Both the position numbers and the translations under genes were made by a program. The notes beneath the pieces were generated by a model. The model did not search any database, had not been told where the DNA came from, and worked only from the letters and a program-made list of their open reading frames with translations. Shown here one piece after another: positions 48,322 through 48,448 of a stretch of 48,448 bases of DNA (positions within the stretch are counted from its first letter, which is position 1; each line of letters opens with the position of its first letter). Source of the DNA: Octopus sinensis (taxonomy: Eukaryota); assembly GCF_006345805.1 (NCBI RefSeq), contig NW_021834472.1, forward strand, positions 1-48,448, given 5' to 3'.

Positions 48322-48448
48322 CTTTTATTCTTTCGTTAGTTTCAGTCATTTCTCTGTGGTCATGCTGGAGCACCACCTTAAAGGGTTTTACTCGAAGAAA
48401 TCGAACTCAGGACTTATTCTTTGTAAGCCTAGTATTTATTATATCGGG
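48322..48448 (-). mobile_element. SINE family B 3' end, running off the window
   Basis: ttcagtcatt..catgctggagcacc..ggacttattctttgtaagcctagta. Confidence 0.85.

Overview
AT-rich, repeat-dense eukaryotic DNA with no intact protein-coding gene that I can support. Most ORF-track entries are microsatellite or SINE artefacts. The repeat landscape looks like a coleoid cephalopod, probably Octopus, intergenic or intronic region (inference from recalled repeat families, not a search). It holds about 25 pieces of one tRNA-headed SINE family (A, with long-tail A1 and short-tail A2 forms), several other SINEs, RTE, CR1/L2 and R4/Dong-type LINE fragments, mariner fragments and MITEs, a decayed hAT transposon, and many simple repeats. 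The most notable signal is a set of minimal type I hammerhead ribozyme (HHR) motifs of the Penelope-like-element/retrozyme kind, in at least five mutually dissimilar short elements, most of them next to (TA)n arrays. One looks fully intact and sits in a 403-bp unit with 31-bp terminal redundancy (41521-41593). One carries a compensatory U3-A8 core pair (37523-37568). Two sit in the arms of a 380-bp foldback. One lies 3' of a tRNA-like Pol III promoter. Other points of interest are recurrent SINE-into-SINE nesting with an apparent target preference, inverted repeats that could form dsRNA, and a few weak exon or enhancer candidates. All structures were derived by eye; no folding or database search was run.
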